Assembly (NCBI GenBank): GCA_016219375.1
Contig: JACRNC010000016.1
Span: 218,006 to 282,005, forward strand
Source: Burkholderiales bacterium
Lineage (GTDB): Bacteria; Pseudomonadota; Gammaproteobacteria; Burkholderiales; Burkholderiaceae_C
Reading direction: 5' to 3'
DNA: 64,000 bases
Each line of letters starts with the position of its first letter. The stretch's first letter is position 1. The notes under the pieces are model-generated. The model did not search any database. It had not been told where the DNA came from and worked only from the letters and a program-made list of their open reading frames with translations. Position numbers and translations under genes: made by a program. Of this stretch, positions 23,161 through 33,918 are shown piece by piece.

Positions 23161-23880
23161 ATGGCGATGGAGCACGGCGCAGCGCAGGACCGCGCCTGGC
23201 AGGTGCGGGTGCAGCAGGCGGCTTTCGACGTGTCGGCCGAGCTGGCCGACATGCAGGGCGGCGACTGCGGCATCGGTGGCATCGGCATGTTCGTCGGCAC
23301 GGTGCGCGACCTCATGCCCGGAGCCGGCGCGATCCGTGCCCAGGGGCCTGATGGGCTGGCCGGCGCGGCGTCCGATGCGGCAGGCGAGGGCGGCCCCGCG
23401 CCCGACGCAGCGCCCACCCGGGCGGACGGCCACATCGCCTCCAGCCCTGCCACCGCGGCCAACACGGCTGCCTCCGACGCCGCCGCATCCCTGCATGCCC
23501 TGGAGCTGGAGCACTACCCCGGCATGACCGAGCGGCTGCTGGCCGGCATGCTGGACGAGGCCCGCCAGCGATTCGGCCTGCGCGCCGGGCGCATCGTGCA
23601 CCGCGTCGGGCGGCTGGCCGCGGGCGAGCCCATCGTGCTGGTCATGGCCGCGGCCGAGCACCGGCATGCGGCGCTGGACGGCTGCGCCTTCCTGATGGAC
23701 TGGCTCAAGACCGATGCGCCGTTCTGGAAGAAGGAGCACACCGCTGCCGGCAGCCGCTGGGTGGAGGCCCGCGAGTCCGACGACCGCGCGCTGGCGCGCT
23801 GGGGCCGACGCTCGGGCAACGCTGCTGCCGCCGGCGCCGATCCCACAGACGCCGCCCCGGCCGGAGGCCCTGCCGCATGA
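23161..23880 (+). CDS. moaE: molybdopterin synthase catalytic subunit with internal low-complexity insertion
   Basis: MoaE blocks GMFVGTVRD ... LELEHYPGM ... IVLVMAAAEHRHAALDGCAFLMDWLKTDAPFWKKE, interrupted by about 60 Ala/Gly/Pro/Asp-rich residues. Confidence 0.8.
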   Translation: MAMEHGAAQDRAWQVRVQQAAFDVSAELADMQGGDCGIGGIGMFVGTVRDLMPGAGAIRAQGPDGLAGAASDAAGEGGPAPDAAPTRADGHIASSPATAANTAASDAAASLHALELEHYPGMTERLLAGMLDEARQRFGLRAGRIVHRVGRLAAGEPIVLVMAAAEHRHAALDGCAFLMDWLKTDAPFWKKEHTAAGSRWVEARESDDRALARWGRRSGNAAAAGADPTDAAPAGGPAA

Positions 23881-24257
23881 CCGCCTGGGCCCAGGGCGTG
23901 GCCGTCGCCGCAGGCGCGGCGGCCGGGGCGCTGCTGCGCTGGCGGGCCGGCGTGTGGCTCAACCCGGTGCTGCCGCAGATCCCGCTGGGCACGCTGGCGG
24001 TCAACTGTGCCGGCGGGCTGCTGGCCGGCGTGGCGCTGGTCGCCTTCGCCCGGCTGCCCAACGAGACGGCGCGGCTGCTGCTGGTGACCGGGTTCCTGGG
24101 CGGGTTGACCACCTTCTCCACCTTCTCGGCCGAGTCGCTGCTGCTGATCCAGCGCCAGCGCTGGGAGCTTGCCCTGCTGCACAGCGGGCTGCATCTGGCC
24201 GGCTCGCTGGCCTGCGCTGCGCTGGGGGCGCGGCTGGCCCGGATGGGCCTGTCCTGA
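23877..24257 (+). CDS. crcB: fluoride channel CrcB/FluC
   Basis: 126 aa, four TM segments. GTLAVNCAGGLLAG and GFLGGLTTFSTFS motifs. ATGA overlap with the moaE stop. Confidence 0.85.
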   Translation: MTAWAQGVAVAAGAAAGALLRWRAGVWLNPVLPQIPLGTLAVNCAGGLLAGVALVAFARLPNETARLLLVTGFLGGLTTFSTFSAESLLLIQRQRWELALLHSGLHLAGSLACAALGARLARMGLS

Positions 24258-24501
24258 AAGAAGCGCCAACGCGCCGCCCTGCGGCGTGCAGCTTGTCGCA
24301 CGGCGGCCGGGTGGATGACGGCCGGCGGCTCAAGATGGCTGCCGGGCGGCCGATCTAGCTTGATCGTCCCCCCCGTCCCGTGCGCCCACCCGGCGTGCAG
24401 GGGCCGGGCGGCAGGCGGGCCGGCATCCGGCTGCGCCGGCCGGCACCGGACTGCAGCCCCATGTCCCATTCCGTCCCCCCTCCTTGCCGCGGCGCTGCCT
24501 G

Positions 24502-25671
24502 ATGCTGGCTGTCGACGTCTACACCTGCTATGCGGTGTCCGGTGCGGGGTCTCTGCTCGGGCTGGGGCTGATGCACCTGCTGTGCAGCGATCAGCCGCGC
24601 GTGCGTGAGGCGCTGCGGCTGTACAAGCTGGGCTTCATCCTGCTGGCCGGGCTGATCGCGCCGGTGTTCATGCCGGCCGGGCTGCGCTCGGCCACGGCGC
24701 AGATCGCCATCAGCCTGGCCTGCCTGGGCGTGGGCGTGCTGGGCTGGGCTTTCCACCTGCTCAACGGGCGGCAGGCCTCGCCTCTGGCGGGTGCCTGCGG
24801 GCTGGGCGTGCTGGCGCTGCTGCTGGGCTGGGCCACGGACCAGGGCGATCCGCATGTCTACGCCGTCACCTTCACCCTGTGTTTTGCGGCGCTCAGCGCC
24901 ATCATCCTCATCGACCAGATGTGGATCATCCTGCGCAGCCCGCGGGTGCAGCCCAGCGAGGCCGCGCTGCTGGCCATCATTGCGCTCTTTCTGGCCGACT
25001 GGCTGGCGATTGCCCACCACACGCTGAGCTCGCCCCAGCCGGTGCCGTCCGACTGGATCCACGCGCCCGCCTGGCTGCGCGGCTGGTCGGCGCTGAGCTA
25101 TGCGGTGCTGCCGCTGGGCGTGGCGGCCGTCGTCTTTGCCCTGATCAACGAGCGGCTGATGCAGGCGCTGCGCAACCGCGCGCTGTCCGACGACCTGACC
25201 GGCGCGCTGTCGCGGCGCGGCCTGCGCGAGATGGGCGAGCAGATGCTCGCCTTGCAGGCCAGCAGCCCCAACGGCGTCGCCGTGCTGATGATCGACGCCG
25301 ACCACTTCAAGGCCGTCAACGACCGCCACGGCCACCTGTGCGGCGACGAGGTGCTGCGCCACATCGCCCGGCTGATGCGCGAGCACCTGCGGGCCGAGGC
25401 TTTGGTGGCTCGCTACTGCGGCGAAGAGTTCACCGTACTGCTGCCGCTGCAGGCCGAGGACGAGGCGGTGGTGGTGGCCGAGCGGCTGCGCGCCGTGATC
25501 GAGGCCACGCCCTGCCAGACGGCGCAGGGGCCGATCCCGATGACCGTGAGCATCGGCGTGGCCTACCACGAGGCCCGCAGCACCCTGGAGCGGACGCTGC
25601 AGCGGGCCGACGAGCGGCTCTACATCGCCAAGCAGACCGGCCGCAACCGGGTGGTGACCGGCGGCGCCTGA
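24502..25671 (+). CDS. membrane-anchored GGDEF-domain protein (signature reads CGEEF)
   Basis: Roughly 200-aa multi-TM N-terminus, then DDLTGALSRRGL...LMIDADHFKAVNDRHGHLCGDEVL...ARYCGEEFTVLLP. ATG 24502 is preferred over the tracked TTG at 24484. Confidence 0.8.
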   Translation: MLAVDVYTCYAVSGAGSLLGLGLMHLLCSDQPRVREALRLYKLGFILLAGLIAPVFMPAGLRSATAQIAISLACLGVGVLGWAFHLLNGRQASPLAGACGLGVLALLLGWATDQGDPHVYAVTFTLCFAALSAIILIDQMWIILRSPRVQPSEAALLAIIALFLADWLAIAHHTLSSPQPVPSDWIHAPAWLRGWSALSYAVLPLGVAAVVFALINERLMQALRNRALSDDLTGALSRRGLREMGEQMLALQASSPNGVAVLMIDADHFKAVNDRHGHLCGDEVLRHIARLMREHLRAEALVARYCGEEFTVLLPLQAEDEAVVVAERLRAVIEATPCQTAQGPIPMTVSIGVAYHEARSTLERTLQRADERLYIAKQTGRNRVVTGGA

Positions 25672-25758
25672 GCGGCCAGGCCCACCTTGCACACCTGATC
25701 TTCGTCAAATACCCCGGGCGGTGCCGCGGCCGCCCGCTGGACGGCGCACGCCAGCCGC

Positions 25759-25786
25759 CTTGAAATCGCGTGCAGGCTCCTCAGAT
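25759..25786 (+). promoter_or_regulatory. candidate sigma-32 heat-shock promoter of clpB
   Basis: CTTGAAA-N13-CCTCAGAT compared with the consensus CTTGAAA-N13/14-CCCCATNT. It lies 29 nt upstream of the AGGAGG RBS (25801) and ATG 25815. Confidence 0.45.
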
Positions 25787-25814
25787 AGGCCGACAGTCGA
25801 AGGAGGATTTCTGC

Positions 25815-28409
<2,595 letters not shown>

Positions 28410-28443
28410 CGGCCCACGCGGCCGACATCGCGCCGCAAAAGCA

Positions 28444-28479
28444 AAGGCCGGCGCCCGCGAGGGCGGCCGGCCTTTTTTC
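28444..28479 (+). terminator. rho-independent terminator after clpB
   Basis: AAGGCCGGCGCCC-GCGA-GGGCGGCCGGCC followed by TTTTTT. An A-tract upstream could allow bidirectional use with the convergent qor. Confidence 0.65.
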
Positions 28480-28531
28480 ATCGGCTGGTAGGTGCGGCCG
28501 CGTAGTTCGGCCGGGTAGCGCGGCCGGGCGA

Positions 28532-29506
28532 TCAGTTGACCAGCACCACCTTGCCGCGCACGCCGCGGCTGGCCATCAGCTCGAAGCCCTTCTTCAGCTC
28601 GCTCATGGGCAGCTGGGTCTCGATGACCGGCTTGATCTTGCCCTCGGCGTACCACATGGCCAGCTGCATCAGCGCCTGAGCGTTCTTCATCGGCTCGCGG
28701 CGGGCGAACTCGCCCCAGAAGACGCCGAGGATGGACGCGCCCTTGAGCAGGGTCAGGTTCAGCGGCAGGCTGGGGATGCTGCCGCCGGCAAAGCCCACCA
28801 CCAGGTAGCGGCCGCGCCAGCCGATGGAGCGGAAGACCGGCTCGGCCAGGTCACCACCGACCGGGTCGTAGACCACGTCCGGGCCCTTGCCGTCGGTCGC
28901 TGCCTTGATCTGCTCGCGGATGTCGCCCTGGCTGTAGTTGATGGTGGCGTCCGCGCCCAGCTGCTTGCACAGCGCGCACTTCTCGTCGGTGGAGGCGGCG
29001 GCGATCACCTTGGCGCCCGCGGCCTTGGCGATCTGGATGGCCGCCGTGCCGACGCCGCCGGCTGCGCCCAGCACCAGCACCGTCTCGCCGGGCTGCAGCG
29101 CGGCGCGGTCCATCAGGGCGTGATAGGTGGTGCCATAGGTGCACAGGAAGGCCGCGGCATCCTCGAACTTGAAGCCCGGCGGCAGCGGCATGAGCTGCGC
29201 GGCCGGCGCCACGGTGTGCGTGCCGAAGCCGCCGGTGCCGACGAAGCCGGCCACCGGCGTGCCCACCGGCAGATGCGACACGCCTTCGCCCACGGCCTCG
29301 ACCACGCCGGCGAACTCCGCGCCCGGCACGAAGGGCAGGGGCGGCTTCATCTGGTACTTGTTCTGCACGATGAGCAGGTCGGGGAAATTCAGGCTGGCAG
29401 CCTTGATGGCCACGCGGACCTGGCCCTTGCCCGGCTCGGGCGTCGGCACTTCCTTCCAGACCAGGGCCTCGGGGCCGACGGGGTTCTCGCAAAGCCAGGC
29501 GTGCAT
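28532..29506 (-). CDS. NADPH:quinone oxidoreductase (MDR/zeta-crystallin family)
   Basis: 324 aa. GAEFAGVVEAVGEGV and LVLGAAGGVGTAAIQIAKAAGAKVIA Rossmann motif, with no catalytic-zinc ligand pattern. Confidence 0.8.
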   Translation of the reverse strand: MHAWLCENPVGPEALVWKEVPTPEPGKGQVRVAIKAASLNFPDLLIVQNKYQMKPPLPFVPGAEFAGVVEAVGEGVSHLPVGTPVAGFVGTGGFGTHTVAPAAQLMPLPPGFKFEDAAAFLCTYGTTYHALMDRAALQPGETVLVLGAAGGVGTAAIQIAKAAGAKVIAAASTDEKCALCKQLGADATINYSQGDIREQIKAATDGKGPDVVYDPVGGDLAEPVFRSIGWRGRYLVVGFAGGSIPSLPLNLTLLKGASILGVFWGEFARREPMKNAQALMQLAMWYAEGKIKPVIETQLPMSELKKGFELMASRGVRGKVVLVN

Positions 29507-29716
29507 GGTGTCTCCTCAAGCGGTTCGGCAAAAAACGACGGCCGCGATGATGGCAGAGAGCCTGCCGTGCCGGGAGAGGGTGGCCATGCATTGCGTACGG
29601 AAACGTACACGGCAGATGACCAGGCCGGACCGGCTGGCGGAATGCCGTCGCCTCCGATGCTGCACAGCGGGTTGCTGGAGCCGGGGAAGGCCGCCGTCCC
29701 ACGCCGCCGGGCGGCT

Positions 29717-30586
29717 TCAGAGCTGCGCGGTCTTGAAGGTGTCGCAGGCGGCCACGTCGCCGGACTCCAGCCCGCGCTTGAACCAGCGCACGCGCTGCTC
29801 GCTGCTGCCGTGGGTGAAGCTGTCGGGCCGCACCGGGCCGCCGGCGCCCTTTTGCAGTGCGTCGTCGCCGATGCGCGAGGCGGCGTTGAGCGCTTCTTCC
29901 ACGTCGCCGCTCTCCAGGATCTGCTTGCCCTGGTCGGCATGGTGGGCCCAGACGCCGGCATAGCAGTCGGCCTGCAGCTCCAGGCGCACGCTCATCGCAT
30001 TGGCCTCGCGCTCGCTGACGCGGCCGCGCAGGCGCTGCACCTGCTCGCTGGTCCCCAGCAGGTTCTGCACGTGGTGTCCCACCTCGTGGGCGATCACATA
30101 GGCCTGGGCAAAGTCGCCCGGTGCGCCGAGCTGGCTCTTGAGCGTGTCGTAGAAGTCCAGGTCGATATAGACCTTCTGGTCGGCCGGGCAGTAGAACGGC
30201 CCCATCGCCGACTGCCCCGTGCCGCAGGCCGTGGGCGTAGCACCGCGAAAGAGCACCAGCGTCGGATCGCGGTAGCTGCCGCCGGCCTGGCGGAAGAGCT
30301 CGCGCCACACGTCCTCGGTCAGCCCCAGCGTGGTGGTGACGAAGCGCGTCTGGGGATCGTCGGCCGGCGTGCTGCGTGCCGGCGCCTGCTGCACCGCGCT
30401 GGGCGAGCCGCCGCTCAGCAGGCTGAGCACCGTCAGCGGGTTGACGCCGAAGACCGCGCCGGCCACCAGCGCGATCACCACCGCGCCCAGGCTCAAGCCC
30501 CGGCCGCCGATCGGCAGACCACCGAAGCCACCCGCACCGCGGCGGTCTTCCACATTGCTCGATTCGCGTTGTCCTTCCCAGCGCAT
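29717..30586 (-). CDS. YpfJ-family neutral zinc metallopeptidase
   Basis: Start ATG 30586 preceded by AGGAGAG (MRWEGQRESSNVEDRRG...). TM segment, then the HExxH motif VIAHEVGHHVQN. Confidence 0.8.
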   Translation of the reverse strand: MRWEGQRESSNVEDRRGAGGFGGLPIGGRGLSLGAVVIALVAGAVFGVNPLTVLSLLSGGSPSAVQQAPARSTPADDPQTRFVTTTLGLTEDVWRELFRQAGGSYRDPTLVLFRGATPTACGTGQSAMGPFYCPADQKVYIDLDFYDTLKSQLGAPGDFAQAYVIAHEVGHHVQNLLGTSEQVQRLRGRVSEREANAMSVRLELQADCYAGVWAHHADQGKQILESGDVEEALNAASRIGDDALQKGAGGPVRPDSFTHGSSEQRVRWFKRGLESGDVAACDTFKTAQL

Positions 30587-30635
30587 GCTTCTCTCCTCAT
30601 CGTGGCGATCGGGCAAGTGTGCGCCAGCGGCCACC

Positions 30636-30641
30636 TAGAAT
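30636..30641 (+). promoter_or_regulatory. TAGAAT -10 box 9 nt upstream of the nadB ATG (leaderless-type)
   Basis: CTAGAATCGCCCGACCATG with no Shine-Dalgarno sequence. The same CTAGAATCGCCC motif occurs before ispD. Confidence 0.4.
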
Positions 30642-30650
30642 CGCCCGACC

Positions 30651-32288
30651 ATGTCCAAGAGCGACCCTGCCGACCTCCCCGTGGTCATCGTCGGCGCCGG
30701 CCTGGCCGGTTTGACCGTGGCCCTGCACCTGGCAGAAAGCCGCCCCGTCATCGTGCTGGCCAAGCGCCAGCTGCAGGAGGCGGCTACGGCCTGGGCCCAG
30801 GGCGGCATCGTCGGCGTGCTGGGCAGCGACGACAGCATCGCCAGCCATGTGCGCGACACGCAGGAGGCCGGTGCCGGCCTGGTGGACGTGCACACGGCCG
30901 AGTTCATCGCCCAGCACAGCGCGCGCGCCATCGAATGGCTGGTGGCACGCGGCGTGCCGTTTTCGCCCGACCCCACCGGGCCGTTGGGGCTGCACCTGAC
31001 GCGCGAAGGCGGCCACGCGGTGCGCCGCATCGCCCACGCGGCCGACGCCACCGGCAAGGCCATCCACGACGTGCTGCTGGACGAGGCCCGCCGCCATCCC
31101 AACATCACGCTGCGCGAGAAATGGATGGCGGTGGACCTGATCACCAACCGCCAGGTGCTGCGCAAGGTGGACCGGCCCGAGACCTATGCCGACCGCTGCT
31201 GGGGCGTCTATGCGCTCAACATCCAGACCCAGCAGGTCGAGACGCTGCCGGCTGCCGCCGTGGTGCTGGCCACCGGCGGCGTGGGCAAGGTGTACCGCTA
31301 CACCAGCAACCCCGACACGGCCACCGGCGACGGCATCGCGATGGCCTGGCGGGCCGGATGCCGGGTGGGCAACATGGAGTTCATCCAGTTCCATCCCACC
31401 TGCCTCTATCACCCGACCGAGCGCAGCTTCCTGATCACCGAGGCGCTGCGCGGCGAAGGCGCTCTGCTGCGTCTGCCGGACGGCACGCGCTTCATGCCCG
31501 ACCATGACGGCCGCGCCGAGCTGGCCCCGCGCGACATCGTGGCCCGCGCCATCGACTTCGAGATGAAGAAGCACGGCCTGGACTACGTGCTGCTGGATGC
31601 CACGCACCTGGAGGAGGCCTTCCTCAAGGAGCACTTCCCGACCATCCATGCCCGCTGCCTGGCCCTGGGCATCGACATCGCGCGCCAGCCCATCCCCGTG
31701 GTGCCGGCCGCGCACTACACCTGCGGCGGCGTCGTGACCGACCTGCACGGCCGCAGCGACCTGCCCGGCCTGTATGCCGTGGGCGAGGCCACCTACACCG
31801 GCCTGCATGGTGCCAACCGGCTGGCCAGCAACTCGTTGCTGGAATGCGTGGTGCTGGGCCGCACCTGCGCCGACCACATCCTGGCGCAGGAGGCGGTGGG
31901 CCTGGCCCAGCTGCCGCCCTGGGACGAAAGCCAGGTGGAGGACGCCGATGAAGAGGTCGTCATCTCGCACAACTGGGACGAGCTGCGCCTCTTGATGTGG
32001 AACTACGTCGGCATCGTGCGCACCACGCGCCGGCTGGAGCGCGCGCTGCACCGCATCAAGCTGCTGCGCAGCGAGATCGACGACTACTACGCCAACTTCC
32101 GCGTCACGCGCGACCTGCTGGAGCTGCGCAACCTGGTGGACTGCGCCGAGCTGATCGTGCGCTCGGCCCTGGCCCGGCGCGAGAGCCGCGGCCTGCACTA
32201 CAGCCGCGACTACCCGCAGACGCTGCCGGTCAGCTTCCCGACGGTGCTGCAGCGCAAGCCTAAGCGGCGCGACGCCTGGCTGCCCTGA
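30651..32288 (+). CDS. nadB: L-aspartate oxidase
   Basis: 545 aa. [18 protein letters not shown] loop, AQGGI and HYTCGGV motifs. Confidence 0.9.
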   Translation: MSKSDPADLPVVIVGAGLAGLTVALHLAESRPVIVLAKRQLQEAATAWAQGGIVGVLGSDDSIASHVRDTQEAGAGLVDVHTAEFIAQHSARAIEWLVARGVPFSPDPTGPLGLHLTREGGHAVRRIAHAADATGKAIHDVLLDEARRHPNITLREKWMAVDLITNRQVLRKVDRPETYADRCWGVYALNIQTQQVETLPAAAVVLATGGVGKVYRYTSNPDTATGDGIAMAWRAGCRVGNMEFIQFHPTCLYHPTERSFLITEALRGEGALLRLPDGTRFMPDHDGRAELAPRDIVARAIDFEMKKHGLDYVLLDATHLEEAFLKEHFPTIHARCLALGIDIARQPIPVVPAAHYTCGGVVTDLHGRSDLPGLYAVGEATYTGLHGANRLASNSLLECVVLGRTCADHILAQEAVGLAQLPPWDESQVEDADEEVVISHNWDELRLLMWNYVGIVRTTRRLERALHRIKLLRSEIDDYYANFRVTRDLLELRNLVDCAELIVRSALARRESRGLHYSRDYPQTLPVSFPTVLQRKPKRRDAWLP

Positions 32289-32406
32289 GGGCAGCCGTCC
32301 GGTTTTCCGCGCTGGCCTTGATCCGGGCCAGATGCCGGGCCGTTTCGCAGGGCGATAATTTCTGTTTACAGTCGTTCACTGACGCAGAAATCGCTTGCCG
32401 CCCGCC

Positions 32407-33327
32407 ATGCCCAATCGCTTCGTCGCCCTGATCAAGGGCTGCGTGTCCGCCACGCTGCTGACGCTCAACACGCTGGTGTGCTTCTCGGCCCTGCTGCCCG
32501 TTGCGCTGCTCAAGCTGCTGCTGCCCATCAAGCCGGTGCGCGCCGCACTGGACCTGATCCTCAACGGCATCTGCGCCGTCTGGATCGGCGCCAACAACCG
32601 ATGGATGGCCCTGGCCGGCCGCACCCGCTGGGACGTGACCGGCGTGGACAGCCTCAGGTCGCGCGGCTGGTACCTGGTGAGCAGCAACCACCAGAGCTGG
32701 GTGGACATCCTGGTGCTGCAGAAGGTGTTCAACCTGCGCATCCCGCTGCTCAAGTTCTTCCTCAAGAAAGAGCTGATCTACGTGCCGATCATGGGCTTTT
32801 GCTGGTGGGCGCTGGACTTCCCCTTCATGCGGCGCAAGGGCGGCGCCAGCCTGGCCAAGGACATGGAGGCCACGCGCAAGGCCTGCGAGCGCTTCAAGGT
32901 GATCCCCACGTCCGTGCTGAGCTTCCTGGAGGGCACGCGCTTCACCCAGGCCAAGCACGACCAGCAGCGCTCGCCCTACACCCATCTTCTCAAGCCCAAG
33001 ATCGGCGGCATCGCGATGGCGCTGGCCACCATGGGCGAGAAGTTCGACGCCCTGGTGGACGTGACCATCGTCTACCCCAAGGGCGTGCCCGACTTCTGGG
33101 ACCTGATGTGCGGCCGGCTGCGCGAGGTGGTGGTGCGCGTGGACAAGCTGCCCATCCCCGCCGCGCTGCGGCATGGCGAGGACGCGGCCGATGCGGCCTA
33201 TCGCTCGACGCTGCAGAACTGGATCACCCAGATGTGGCAGGACAAGGACCGGCGCATCGGCGAGCTGATGGGCCAGCCGCTGGCGCCGACCGCTGCAGCC
33301 GCGCTGCCGGTCGCGCAGCGCGCCTGA
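32407..33327 (+). CDS. acyltransferase of the lysophospholipid acyltransferase family (YihG-like)
   Basis: ATG 32407 (MPNRFVALIKG...). HX4D motif NHQSWVDI and FLEGTRF block. Confidence 0.75.
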   Translation: MPNRFVALIKGCVSATLLTLNTLVCFSALLPVALLKLLLPIKPVRAALDLILNGICAVWIGANNRWMALAGRTRWDVTGVDSLRSRGWYLVSSNHQSWVDILVLQKVFNLRIPLLKFFLKKELIYVPIMGFCWWALDFPFMRRKGGASLAKDMEATRKACERFKVIPTSVLSFLEGTRFTQAKHDQQRSPYTHLLKPKIGGIAMALATMGEKFDALVDVTIVYPKGVPDFWDLMCGRLREVVVRVDKLPIPAALRHGEDAADAAYRSTLQNWITQMWQDKDRRIGELMGQPLAPTAAAALPVAQRA

Positions 33328-33376
33328 TCCTGGCGCGGTCGGAGCCGGTCGCTGAGGGGCGGGGGCAGGGCGCCTG

Positions 33377-33416
33377 CAGGCCGCTCCAGGCTGCTTCAGG
33401 CCGCTTCAGGCCGCTT
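33377..33416. repeat. 4 tandem copies of a 10-bp unit (CAGGCCGCTT consensus)
   Basis: caggccgctc caggctgctt caggccgctt caggccgctt, in the spacer between the convergent acyltransferase and ComFB-like genes. Confidence 0.8.
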
Positions 33417-33432
33417 GAGCCCGGAGCGCCTT

Positions 33433-33720
33433 TCAGCGCCGCGCCCGCATCACGGTGCGTGCCTGCACGAACTCGAAGGCGAACTGCACCGACTCGTCCA
33501 CCGAGCGCTCGTTCTCCAGCCGCTCGCGCTCGGTCAGGTAGAAGGCCAGGTCCACCTCGTGGCGGATGTAGCGCGGCGGCAGCCGGTTCAGCGCCACGCA
33601 GGCCACGTCTGGCAACTGCTCGGCGCTGATCAGCGGATAGTGCGGCGCACGCGCCGTGACCGCCTCGAAGACGGCCCGCTCGTGGAAGTTGCGGATGGAG
33701 CTGAAGTCGGCGGCGGACAT
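33433..33720 (-). CDS. ComFB-like (late competence development protein family) small protein
   Basis: 95 aa. NFHERAVFEAV...DVACVALNRLPPRYIRHEVDLAFY resembles the ComFB fold family as I recall it. Confidence 0.6.
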   Translation of the reverse strand: MSAADFSSIRNFHERAVFEAVTARAPHYPLISAEQLPDVACVALNRLPPRYIRHEVDLAFYLTERERLENERSVDESVQFAFEFVQARTVMRARR

Positions 33721-33918
33721 GGGGCGGCGGATCGCGGCGGATCAGGGCACGTGAGGACGCCCTCAGTATCGGCAGCCGCCCTTGCTTGCCGCAGGGCGCA
33801 TCCGGGCTGGGGGCGGTGCTATGTCACGGCCGGCGCCCGGGCCCCGGCGTTCGCGGGGGCGCCCGTTGCCAGGCGGGCATGCGGGTCGTCCCGCCCTTCG
33901 GTCAAAGCTGCAGGTTGA

